A DNA stretch of 60,431 nt, counting the filler, from Dirinaria sp. TL-2023a (taxonomy: Eukaryota): the NCBI GenBank assembly GCA_051941275.1. It is 3 parts of 3 records of this genome, joined end to end, with 100 filler letters (N's around TTAATTAATTAA, not from the genome) between each part and the next. Parts side by side here need not be neighbours in the genome. Positions count along the whole stretch, not along the records: positions 40,406 to 60,431 come from JAVEBF010000302.1; 2 more parts are not named here. One strand, 5' to 3'. The notes below the pieces were generated by a model that searched no databases, was not told the DNA's origin, and saw only the letters and a program-made list of their open reading frames with translations. Below, piece by piece: positions 48,922 through 60,431 of this stretch; positions within the stretch are counted from its first letter, which is position 1, and each line of letters opens with the position of its first letter. The position numbers and the translations under genes are program-made.

Positions 48922-49399
48922 ACGCAAACGTTCATGTTCGCTCGCTATATTTTCCGGGTTCGTTTTGTGGCGAATTTTCGGATGTGGGATACCCCCGTTG
49001 TCCATATTCTTAACAAGACGGCAATGGACGAGCCACCATTCGTCGGAAAGTAAATGCTGGGCCCGCAGGCGGGTATCCGTGGTTCGGGTCGTCGGGATTC
49101 AAGTTGCTCTTGATGGATCTTGGCGCTGCGTGGGTTACGTTTGGTCTTCGATGACTGACTGACCCCTTGCGGTCGGTTTGATGCTACTCATTGGTGATGT
49201 GGGTTAGGTGCGGTGCTTAGGTATAGGGATGCACTTCCTCCCACACGCTGGTGGACGCCCTCTCTTTTTTCGCCTGTATATACATCACTAACTAATCGTC
49301 AATGATAATCAATATTTGCTTTTTTTCGAGGGTTTCCTATCATAAAACATATATCGATGCCTTTTTCCCAGGAGTACCTTCAGCTCCGAAGCTTTCTGC

Positions 49400-52270
49400 T
49401 CATTTATTCAAATCACGGCCATCGGAAATTCTTCAGGTAACATTGTAAGCTCTCTTTTATTCTTCGTCAGTGTAGGAGTTGTTGTTGTTCGTTGGATCAG
49501 ATTGAAATTTTGAGGATCATAAGATTTCTGGACGTGATAATACAGCCAGAAAAAAAAAGAAAAAAAAAATCGGGTGATTACGGTATTCTTTGTTCGGAGT
49601 CAGTTTATTCTTCTTCGTTAATGACTTGAAAAAGCCCCTGGTTTTTGCGCTCAGATTGAGAAATGGTTCCAATACAATCGCACACATCTCTTTTTCAATA
49701 CTCCTTTCCTGAATAAATCGTTCGAAAAAATCCATTCCCTTTGCGACAATACTCGCATCGATCTTCCTTAATCTACTTCTCTATCCCCCAACTCTGCGCG
49801 AAAACCGGTCGGTCCCATTATTGTCACATTCTGTACAGAAGAGCGAATCTTCTCACGAGCAAATCAGGAAGATATACCAAGATGTACAAGGTTTTTGTCT
49901 TTGCCTTTATATCCTGCAACAAATCCAACGCCCAATAGCCATACGGCATATATTCGACCTGTAGCAGCGAGTGTGATATCATCTTATTCAGATCATCGGC
50001 GCGATACGGCTTCGTCAAATTATTCTTGTCCGGCAATCTCTCTTCAATATTTTGAAGGGGCGCTTCTTCCATTATCTTCGGTTGTGCGGTTTTGTACGAG
50101 TTGTGTTATGTTGACGTATTTTGAGAATCTCAATAGTCACAGCTCGTTACTCAATCAGCAGCGGTGCTTAGACAACGGATTTCATCATCTTCTTTTCCAC
50201 TGTGGTGATGCTCTTCGAAGCAATCTTCGTCATCAACAAAGATACGCATATCGTCCTACCTGCTTGTAAATACCACGCTGCATGTACGAATATGCTAGCT
50301 GCCCTAACATTGCTAGTCCGCGAAACACGTATTTTACCTTCGGATGTAAAGTCTCCTGGGTATTCGTTCCTCATTGTCTACTCTCCTTGCAACATGACAA
50401 TAGGATAAAAAGCAGTTTTTTGGCAACGCGTCTTAAGCCCTATCTTCCTCTCACTTTTCGATAATGTCCTATCAAATCTTGGTTGTTGTTACGTCTGTTT
50501 TTTAATCGGCTCCAATAACCTATTTCCGTCCGCGAGGGAAAATTTTGGACGAAGGAACTTATTTCCCAGACTCAGAGCTCGTTGGCCTCCTTACATAATA
50601 TCGATGGCACGTCTTACTGTGCTGGGGTTATCAAGTTAACGAAGTCAAGATGTGATCGATGCAATGCCAGAAAAGACAAAAACAAGAAATCTAACCCCCC
50701 CGGAAGGCCAAAAATAATATTTTTTCCAGATATTATTATAGCACAGTTTCGCGAAAGCGCTGCATTCATGCATGTGATACAATCGCTGTAATGACTCTCG
50801 AGTAAGATATACGGTTAGGTTGGGTTGAGTGTAGCATCTCATAATCTTGCACATGAATATATATGAAAGCGAACAGCGATGATATGAATCGTTTTATGCA
50901 CTAGTTCCCTTGGCTCTTCTTTAATCTTCTCCCGTTAGCCGGATCAGCATTCTCCTTTTCATTCTGTCTCTCTGCTGCAGCCCATTTCGCTAATTCTTCT
51001 CGATAGCTGCAGTCTCTCTTTCAGCTTCCTTGTTGAAGTAGTTAGAGATGGAGCTAGCTATGGAAGCCTCTAGCGCTGCATTGGCTTTCTTTATTCCCAT
51101 CGATTCAGCTTTAACCATTGCTCGTATTAAACTCTGAGGTTAGCTAATCTGGTTGTGTTTAACAGCGCCATGTCCGTGCTACTTACGCAGCCCCATTGGA
51201 CTGTAATTTGAGTTTTTTTGGGGGGGGGAAGGATGCGGTGATTGCATTGATCTCCTCTTTTCTCTTTCCTCCTGTCGTCTAACTCCTTCTCCAGTTTCTT
51301 CGCTCTGTTCATCATGACTAATCATTGTCCTCGAATATTTCTACCTCGAGTGATGTTCTAAACGCGGCGGCTTATTCTTGCTTTTCTTTCTTTTTCAGTC
51401 CCCACTTCTTTATGGTAGCAACCTGTTTCTGTATCTTGACACTGAATTGAAGGTTGAGGCCCGCGAACGAAGCCGACCATAACGTTCCATGTCGATGAGT
51501 GTTCGGTGCACCATGTTTGTGTGGACGTTGTAGGCTGTCTCTTGTCTTCTTTAACGAAGAAGAATATCTCCAACGCAGTTCTCATGTATTAATATTACGA
51601 CCAAGGCGCTTCGCTATAGCTTCTCAGCGCTTCTCATCCGCTCTATATTATCCAGCGTATTCTCGTTGAAGGCCACTTAGAGGTGAGTATCCATTTTGCA
51701 GGTAGTAATCAAGCCAGTATTTTCTTTCGGAAAATTAAGATATTTAAATGCATAGCTTACTCACATTCTTGGTTCCTTCAATCTCAAACAAGTTTAGTCA
51801 CCATTATTGGTCTTGTTAAGTAGACTGTATTGCAAGCATCGAATCGCGCGATATCATACTGTCATGTAGCAAACCGTGAGTGCTGATACTTACCTGGCTT
51901 GATTGAAATATTTGCATTGCGCCACTTTCCTGTCAGCACATTTTTCAAAGGGCGTTGCTGCGCATCAGCTGAGCATCAGCGGTGGATATGGGCGACCTAC
52001 TTTGTGCCCTCCAGGCGTTCTGCCTGGCTAAGGTCCGATCGATCGGTGCTCAGTCCTTCGCTTGCTCAGTATATGCTCAGAACCCGGAGTGAAGAATACC
52101 TACTTGCTCCAGGGTGGTCCTCGTAAATGTGTCGACGGAACTACGCAAATCCTCAGTATCCGTTTCATATGGACCTCCAGAAATTGTCTTACCTCTTCTG
52201 AGTCCGTTACAAGGACGCTGCAAATCTGACCATTATTATCGTGTAGCGCAGTGATTTACCTGAAAATGCT
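49400..52270 (-). pseudogene. decayed multi-intron gene with a C2H2-like finger fragment
   Basis: Minus-strand donors GTAAGA (~52191), GTAGGT (~52103, ~52000), GTAAGT (~51893) and GTGAGT (~51764). Splicing gives NGQICSVLVTDSEE|FRRHIYEDH. Downstream protein-like fragments are broken by stops. Confidence 0.4.
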
Positions 52271-52674
52271 CTATTCCAGATCTCCCTTCGGATTCAGGGT
52301 CCCTTTGCGGGCTTATTTGTAGGTCTCCATCGGTGATATTCTTTTGACCTGGAGCTTCGGAGCACATACTGAAATGCACATACTGAAATGAACAGTGAGT
52401 TTTTAAACTGTATGCCAATAGATGATCCACTTCAGCTTCTGTGTCCAGATCGTGTTCTAGTCTGCGTAAAGTCAAATAACCATCATCGTGGGAGAAAAAT
52501 CAATACTGATTACAATCAAAGGAATCGGGTTTTAAGAATACATGCATAAAAGAATCAGCAAAACGCAAGTCATTACACGCTTCACGTCTTGCTAGAGAAG
52601 GGACTAGCTCATCTTCTGACTGACCGGGTAGTTCTGAGAGTCTGGGGATTTCAGTGGGTATGTTGGATAGGGTA

Positions 52675-53055
52675 TTAATGGTTGGGTTTTGGATAGGGTA
52701 GATGGTTCTTGTGGTCTGTTATCACACGACCAGGCAGTCGAGATCCTTCCAGAAAGTGTCGCCAGGCCTTGAACGCGTCGACTATGGCTAGTATTTCTTG
52801 ATCATGAATTGCATAATTGAGTTCTGCTGGTTTGAACTTGCGGGAATGAAATGCCACAGGGTGATAGTGCCCATCGTCTCCTTTTTGAGTCAGGATGCAA
52901 GCTAACGCATAGCCGCTATAGTCGGTCATCAATCGAATCTCTAAAGACACCCCCGCCAGTCGTAATCGCTCCAATGGCGTCTGCTGTTTGCAATGTTGCT
53001 CGGCTGGTTTTTTCCAAGCTTTTTGGCACTTTGGCGAATTACGTTGAATGGCCAA
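52675..53055 (-). mobile_element. Ty3/Gypsy LTR-retrotransposon pol relic (RNase H domain)
   Basis: LMTDYSGYALACILTQKGDDGHYHPVAFHSRKFKPAELNYAIHDQEILAIVDAFKAWRHFLEG...VITDHKN matches the Ty3 RNase HI consensus. No intact RT, integrase or LTRs seen. Confidence 0.9.
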
Positions 53056-54402
53056 TTAAAATTCATACCCATCAGGGGAATATTCCATGTAATAAAGAAG
53101 ACAGCGTCGAATCAAGTTGCAGTCGCTGAAGAGGATGGTCGTCAAAAACTTAGCTGAATATCTTCGTCACTCGATGATGAGAAATCGATATACTGTGCTG
53201 TGCGCAAGGACTCTCTGAAATAGCTTTTCAACAGCATGCTTTCGATGAAACGTTCTTTGATAAGTATACTTGTGTCCCAGTCAGTGTTGGGCACTGTGAT
53301 ACTCTTGTTTCTAAATGTATGAGATAATGATAGCGGCTCAAAGCGCTCTCGCTCGCTCGCTAGAAATAATTCTCACGAGCAAATTTGGCTCTAATTTCGC
53401 AATCATTTTAATTTTCGTACGATTGAGATGAAGTTCAAGTCTTCATTGCTATTTCATTCGAGTGTTGTTTAGTTTCATGATCACCCTATACTTCAGCGAC
53501 AGCGAGAAAGGAGAAAATCAGAACCTGAGAATGCAAGAGAGGCAGTAGCACAGATCTCCTCAAATTTCCACACAAAAATGCACACAACTATTCTTTGGGC
53601 CAATAGATATTTTCCCTTTGATGACGGAGGATAGACGAAAAGTGCTCAAGTTAGGGCAATACCTATTGAGTACTTTTTTTGGTCGTCCGCAGTGTGTAAC
53701 AAATTCCCTTCAAATTCCCGAGTTGAGTTTAGAACGATCTAATTTCGACTAAGCCGGTGACCTCATCGTTGACCATCTCTGTACTCAATGTCATATGCAA
53801 TTTTAGTTTTATTAAGTCAAAAGATGGAGTGAGGGCGTATTCTTGTTTATGGTCACAGAATTGAAGGATAGATAGAGGTATTTTCTCGAGTCGTGCCGGG
53901 GACTCTTCAGTTCGTGCTCTGTTATAAGCTGAGTTAGTCTTCGCTCGACAAAGACCGATGTCGCTTATTTCCATCATGTTCTGAATGGAATATGACCCTG
54001 AAGTTGAAGGTGGACCTAGGGAATGTGATTAGTCGGTGAAGTGGTGGCATGGCTTTGGAAATTGATTGGAAGTACGAAATTGAAAGAAGTTGCAGAAAGT
54101 TCAGAACAATGGAAGGAATTTGTCGCAAAACGTAAGTAGATGAGGTAAAGCTCTTTATAATATAGATAATAGACATGATTGTTTGAAACACGAGACGAAT
54201 GGAGGTGGCGAGAGTATCAATACATTCGTTCACTCCCATTCCTCTTTGCGCCTCGCTTGAAGAACGACACATAGAGCCAACACATTATAGAACGCAGAGT
54301 ACAGCTGGGAGCAGTGTATTCCAATGTAGTCTTTCCCAAACTCAGGCCTCGAAGACCGAGAAGATTATTGACATGATACTGGTACAATCAGCTATACTTT
54401 CT

Positions 54403-55938
54403 CTACTTTTCTTCAAGCTTTTCCACCACTTTCTGGGCTATATGCATGTGCACCACACTCGTCGGATGGAGTACATCAGTCCAGAAGTACTCGTCTCTAG
54501 AGCCGCCGCATTCCGGTAGGTAGAGATCGACTTGATCCGAGCTGGACTACGATTAGTATTGTGGACTCTAATATTTATGACTCTTGTCTTATTGTTGGTC
54601 TGAACTGAGGTCGTCACAGCATGGAGAGTAGCAGGGTAATGGAAAGACTCACCGTGCGTAAGGCTTGCAATATTCGTTGGTATTTGTGATGCTTGCTGTG
54701 ATGGGGCTAGACTCTGGGTCGTCAAGCACATCATTGAACACTTTTTGAGCATCAAGCCACCACACAGTTGCATCTGCGTGCCGCGCATTGAAGTGATTAA
54801 CAGCGGTCCTTAGTGCCGCGTTCAATGCCCCAATCGCTTGCGCTTTCGGAGTTTTGGACTCGGGCGAGGTGTTCAGCGACTGTTCGACCTCAGCATCATT
54901 GACGGGTATCGCAGCTGTTTTACTAGATCGGCCGTGTGGGGCACGATCAATGGGTGGCGTGGAAACGAAGAGAATGTTTCTTGCCGAAGATGCATATAGC
55001 TGTATTTGAAGGATAGATTAGCTAATGAAAACATGATAACCTAAAGAGGGTGGACATACTTTTTCTGCAGATTCCAGATACGAAGCGGCCAGCGCCTCGG
55101 GGTATGCAGACCCATTAGACTTCTCGAAGAAAGCAAGAACATCGTTGATCCCGAAAAATATCACAAAGAGACTATTCGTAGCGTTCCATCCGTTTGCCTG
55201 GCTGCCGTAAACGGGAGCAAACATGTTATCGACTTGATGCGCGAAACTCTTATTCGTCACGGACGAAGGTGCAATAGAATTATCGATCGTAGCCCCTGCC
55301 TCTGCAAAATTGTATAGTTTGACCATGCTCTCATTGTGATGTGTGGTCAAGTAATTTGTCCAAACGGGGGAACCGATAGTTGTTACACCAGGGTAAGCTG
55401 GGTTGCCAATCGGGTTTGATTCAGAAGGCTGAGGACCATTAGGGTCAAAGCGCGTCCTGGAGTAGGAGTCGCCACTGCTCACAGTCAGAGTGATTTCAGA
55501 AAGAAGAGCGAATAGACTGACAATGTGAAAAGATATTCGACATTGGGCCAGCCCGTCCATGATGAAGGCTGATCATTAGTGAAAGCAATCAATGCCTCCT
55601 GGGTTGACTGCGCAGGATAGCTGATAAACTGCTGTAATCGCTGAAGAGAGGACTCGGCCGTGGAGGTCAAGCTGAAGATGATATATCTGGTTCGAGATAA
55701 CCCCGTATTAGTGTATATACGCATGGACTAGGCACTAAGACGATTTTGCAGTGTACCATCGACGCTCGTGATTTCCGAAGGCAGGGCCTGCGTAGTGGTA
55801 CTTGAATGAGAGAAGGGTCACTTACAGCGCGCAAAGGACAGTACCAAGACCGATCCAGACCAGCTGGCGGCGGCGCCGTGACCCTGAATTGCCAGATTCA
55901 AGAGCTTTGGGCGAAGTGGTTTCTATTAGGCCCTTCAT
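54403..55938 (-). CDS. GDSL/SGNH acetylesterase (CE16-like) with N-terminal signal anchor, 5 exons
   Basis: YLFTF|GDSY, NPIGNPAYPG, YNFAEAGATID, FFGIND and YFWTDVLHPT. Exon 1 MKG...RRRRQLVWIGLGTVLCAL splices in frame to YIIFSL. Confidence 0.82.
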
Positions 55939-56270
55939 GATTATGGATTATAGCTAGCCAGACTGATCAACAGCTGGAGCTCTTTGAAGGAAATCACGCT
56001 TTGCAGTGAACGAAAAAGCAAATGAGAAGATTGTCACGTATTATTATTGAAGAAAATGCAGCAAAAACGGGAATCGTCACGTATTATTGTTGAAGAAATC
56101 GCACTCCTGGGTATCCCTGCGTAAGGGCCAGTTCTTTCCCAGAGGCGAAGTGGCTCATACCTGGATGCGATCCAGACGAATGTTGCATGCCATGGAATTG
56201 CTTCGACACGATTCATATAATACGTCACCGGACAACAGTCGATGATTCCGAGGCTCATCACCTGCCAACA

Positions 56271-56305
56271 GCTTGATGTTTCGCTTGATGTTTCGCTTGA
56301 TGTTT
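56271..56305. repeat. 12-bp tandem repeat GCTTGATGTTTC, about 3 copies
   Basis: Read directly. A separate ~23-bp direct repeat GTCACGTATTATT(A/G)TTGAAGAAA lies at ~56033 and ~56076. Confidence 0.8.
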
Positions 56306-57801
56306 GTTGGGAAAGGTTTGCCTAAATCTGTAGCAACAATGCGATTGGTCGACGAAGGGCAGGATTTGTTAGGGCCAAATTGCGGCTTGTAGGCGCAGCC
56401 AAAACTGGCAACAAACAGCACTTAATAAAACTGACTACGGTACCCAAATTGACTAGAACGCAATGGAACAATAATAACAAAGTCTGGAATAATTTTAAGA
56501 CTGGTTGAAGTGAACAATACGTCATACTGAAGAGAAACGTCACGACATGGAGTAGTCTAAAAGCTTGCTGCACATGCAAGAGAGCGTAGAGAAGCACGAC
56601 TTATCAGAGTGTTTTGCTAAATGAATTGGGGATAAAATGTCTGTCTATCTGTGAATCTTTGATTTTCCGGAATTCATTGTTTTTTGAAGGAAATGTCGTT
56701 TTCAAGGCTCGATGGTCCTTTAAACACTCATCAATCCTGAGAAATGATGGCAATCATGATGACATCCGCGGCCAGAATGGAACGTCAAGAAGGTTGGTTT
56801 TGGTTTTACCTCATCACTGTAACCTGTTGGTGTTGTAGTCACAAGATCGAACTTTTCATGGCAAGCAAGGGAGTTGTCAACTTCAATCCTGATGATGTCA
56901 AAGAGCAAGAGGACACGACGAAGACGACAGATTGCCTGATTGCGTTTCAGCCTGCGACTAAAAGTTGGTCTCCCTCGTCCACCTCGCTTAATTTTATGGT
57001 CAACCAGCGCTTTGAAAGCTTGGCTTCCCCCCCCCCCAATAGACGCTTGCCAAGAAATGTAAAGCAAGATATTAAGGGTCCGAGGGTCTCATCATCCTCA
57101 CTACGTACTCATTTCCACCTGACAATACATCCGTTTCGCTTTGATGCGTCAAGATTCTTCATTGCTCTTATTTTAGAGGGTGCGCGTTTTCAAGCAAAGA
57201 CGATTTAACGAAGTGATGATGGACCAATTGACCCCAAATGTGCTATCTTCAAATAGGCAAATCGTCAAAAGGTCAGCTAGAGATTCACGGAAACAAATTT
57301 CTAAAAGCATTGATCAATCAAAACAAGCATTGAGGAGGAGGATGTGGCGGCAGTGGAATCTTAAATTCGCCTTTGTGAGAGGTTCCAGCGTTATACTCGT
57401 TGTATCTATGCAACAATTTCTTGGAAAACCCACTTCATCAACATCTGCTACGTATCATCTCTGAATGACGTCAATAATGTCAAAATTCAAGACACTGCTT
57501 GTTCAATCAATTTCTATTTGTTGAGACAAGGAAAAATTCAACAGCAAGTGCTGAATGACTCACTCCGAAAGTTAAACTTTTTATTATTAGTCAAATCGTC
57601 CACCAGCGCTTGTCCACCAAATTGCCTTACCTTAGGTAGGTACTTGAAGAATTCGAGTCCAGTCCAGCTTGATCTATACTACATATTTCCTTCACTGACA
57701 CGTGTTTCATATGTTTCTATCTTACAAGTCACAAAATCTTTCATCTCCTTTCTTAAATCTATATAATTAATTGTCACATCTAATCTCAGCTGTGCTTGAC
57801 T

Positions 57802-60232
57802 ATGGCAACTCACTCAAATTTCCCATTTTCCGCTTCATCCGAGCAAAGCAGCAGTGAAGTGCATCAGGCTATGATTCGAAAGCGTGTGCAGAACGATGCT
57901 GGCTCACAAATAGACCTGCCGATTCCTCCTAATAGCAATTTAATGACGGAAGGCTTTACTTACGGAAAGTACAGGGCTGGAGGTAGGTCTCTTCCTGTTG
58001 TCTATAACCTAATAAAGTGCTTTGAGATGCGCAGATGTGCAACCTAAATATTTTCGATACGGACCTATTATGATGGATTGCAGTTGTACGTCTTTTGACA
58101 GTGATATGACGCTGACACCGAGAAAATTTACTACAGGACCACCGCTCCAGCTGCTACCACTACAGAGCATTGTACCTGATGTACCTGAAGACACTGACCC
58201 TGCATATACAGCTCTAGAATCTATGCTACCACTAATCAATGCTACACTAGCTGAACATCATGTGAGCCTCGACAAGACTGAAGACATGTACGGCAGTAGT
58301 GCACAGATCCAGTTTCTTCATAGGACCAAGGACGAAAGCTCTATCACGCCAGAGAATCTGACAGTGCTAATCCCGGCTCTATGGGACGAAGCTCGACCCT
58401 TAGCCTGGTTGAGGGTCGTTTCCGATCTGCGCGCCATGCTCGTTCAAAGGCCGTACACTCGGTCCGTTAAAGTCGAGCTCATTGCCCGGCAGCTCTATGG
58501 GCCACAGACCTTCGACGTTGTGGAAGAGAATCGTCCAATCGTAGAGAAATGGACAACGTTGGAAACACAACTTCAAGAGATCATTTCACGATCAGAACGT
58601 CTGAGAAATAGTGTCTGTTCGCTTGGTGTCATTAGAATGGGGTATGTCCATTGGTCAGGCGGGGATCCTCTTCCAACAGTCGTTCTTGTTGTGGTTAATT
58701 GGGATATCAATCCCTGCGAATGGGATCAAACACAGGCATCCATGAGGAACGTACTCCGGGAAAATGACTTGGCGCAAGTTGACGTGGTTTTTACAAGGGG
58801 TCAGTATTTTTGAAGCCCCTACTTTTCCCTTGGAGGATCGACAGGATTCTCGACATGCAATTCAGATCTGCTTGAAGGATTGACGAATTGACGAATTGAC
58901 GGAATGATTGTGGCTACATCCATCTGATTCAAGAGGTAAAACTAACTACGAGATCTGCAACAGGAGAGATATCTGCGGGTGCCTTCTCACTCCAAACGCC
59001 GCTGAGCAGACCCCACGCCGGCGATATTCTCAGTGAAAAAGCGTACAATACAGCCGTCGATATGGGCGCAGATATAGGACCAGCCAAAGATTTCACTACG
59101 GTAAAGTCTAATTACCACACTCCAGGCTTGCCCGGTTAGTAGACTCGCATATCGATCGCTAACACTGGCTTCCAATTTAGAGTCCCGGAAAATTCATTAA
59201 CGGCCCCTCTGGTACGATGGGAGGCTATATCAAAGTGACTAACGTCGCTACCGGCGAAGCGAAGCATATGGGCCTCACTAACACAGTGTAGCCAGAGAAG
59301 CCATGGATGGCTTGAGCTATACCACGCTTCCTGATTCTGACCAAGCGACTCACGCTGAGGTACCGGTGAACAGCGAATTAGATAGTAAGTCCATTTCCTC
59401 CTCTATCAGCACCATAATAAACGAAAACACACTCACGCGAGAAACAGTCATCGACCGCCAAGGCCTAGACCCCCATAACCAAAGACGGCAAAACATGATG
59501 TTTGAATCACCCAGCCGTCGCAAGCATACCTTCACCATGCATAACCTTCGTGTCATTTTGGGAAAGATGATGAACGACTATGGCGCCACCGCACCCATCA
59601 CCGTTCGGACACGGGAAACATACAATCTATATAAGACATTCTTTGATAACAGCCGCCACACCTTGGGTGCTGTCTGGGCCTCATCAGGCTTCAACCAGAG
59701 GACCGTCGAAAACGGCCGGCTCGACTGGGCACTCATCGAACTCACTAACCGCGCGCGGCAGGGAAAAAACCTCATCCCGCCTAAAGAAGAATGGGCCGAC
59801 CAAGACCACGCTGAGATAGCTGGCACAGCCGGCCAATTATTAAGAGGTGTTGGCTCATGTGAAAACCCTGCAGACCGAAGCATGGTATTAAAGAAAGGAT
59901 CTCGTACGGGTCTGACGAGCGGAGAATTCAGCCTAGTCAAGCACACTGTGAAGTGGCTGACGCACGACAACCGCCTGCTGATGCCGGAATCCTCAGAGTA
60001 TGCCTTTGTCTCGTCGATACCGAGTCGCGGGTTCGGAGCAGGCGGGGGGGATTCGGGCTCCTTCGTCTTTTCGCCTAACAATAGAAAGTTCGTGGGCCTG
60101 CTCTGGGGAGGACTGGTGCTCGAGATCCCTAGTACGAACTCGTTGGTTTACGTAACGGACGCGAAGGCGCTTTTGCAAGACATGAATGATCGGTATCGAG
60201 ACCGATACTCCTTCGAGTTGGCCGAGGATTGA
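57802..60232 (+). pseudogene. multi-exon protein with C-terminal trypsin-like (clan PA) serine peptidase domain; 1-bp frameshift at the putative catalytic His
   Basis: Introns 57983-58136, 58800-58963 and 59101-59180 are phase-consistent. Motifs MGADIG, GTMGGY, GLTN/HSV, LDWALI, KKGSRTGLTSG, GDSGS and FVGLLWGG. Confidence 0.75.
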
Positions 60233-60431
60233 GAATATTGGGGGGGGTTGGTTTTGGGGAAAGAGAACGGAAGAAATTGGAGATGAGGAGGAGGCTGCTT
60301 GGAAAATTCATAAGGCACATAGGTAGCTAAGGTGCCTTACAGACAGAATTCGAGTCCTGGGATGTCCTCGTCCAATGTTTCCCCTCTCCTTTTGCCCCTT
60401 TTGAATAGAAAGATTGTCCCGTACCTAGCCC

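Noticed and set aside
48700..49300. Starship or LTR boundary after DPM1
   Set aside because: No tyrosine-recombinase gene, paired LTR, inverted repeat or target-site duplication could be identified.
51886..51960. ATACTTACCTGGC resembles the U1 snRNA 5' end
   Set aside because: No stem-loop I or correctly spaced U1A loop and Sm site follow. It is better explained as a minus-strand splice donor (CAG|GTAAGT) among other donors.
56033..56098. CRISPR-like repeat-spacer-repeat
   Set aside because: Only two imperfect copies, eukaryotic context and no cas genes.

Overview
This is eukaryotic DNA from a filamentous ascomycete (Pezizomycotina; Eurotiomycete-like gene content is an inference), with short GT-AG introns and CTRAY branch points. 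The window is three contigs joined by identical artificial linkers (N44-TTAATTAATTAA-N44 at 20116-20215 and 40306-40405). Positions 1-48211 are gene-dense and mostly housekeeping: MAK5, TRM7, BCKDH E1-alpha, COQ5, a copper-fist transcription factor, LYS2, BFR2, IAH1, a cutinase, SEH1, a histidine-phosphatase-fold gene, farA/CTF1-alpha, a LysM protein, an alpha/beta hydrolase, an acyltransferase, a PTS2-bearing SDR and DPM1. After DPM1 the sequence becomes gene-poor and accessory-like, with a decayed multi-intron gene, a Ty3/Gypsy RNase H relic, a membrane-anchored GDSL esterase and a trypsin-like peptidase gene frameshifted at its putative catalytic His. I found no rRNA, tRNA, CRISPR array or intact mobile element. 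The best leads are: (1) a hidden, highly diverged inverted paralog pair of an uncharacterised 'ANPRTG' family flanking SEH1; (2) an uncharacterised conserved protein with a CMR1/WDR76/CDCA7-like N-terminal helix and twin MCB boxes; (3) FarA-type CCTCGG sites in farA intron 2, upstream of the cutinase and upstream of the PTS2 SDR; (4) intergenic TACCTTA/TAAGGTA motif clusters; (5) two enzymes with lesions at the catalytic His. None is a proven new system. All splice models were read by hand and are approximate.
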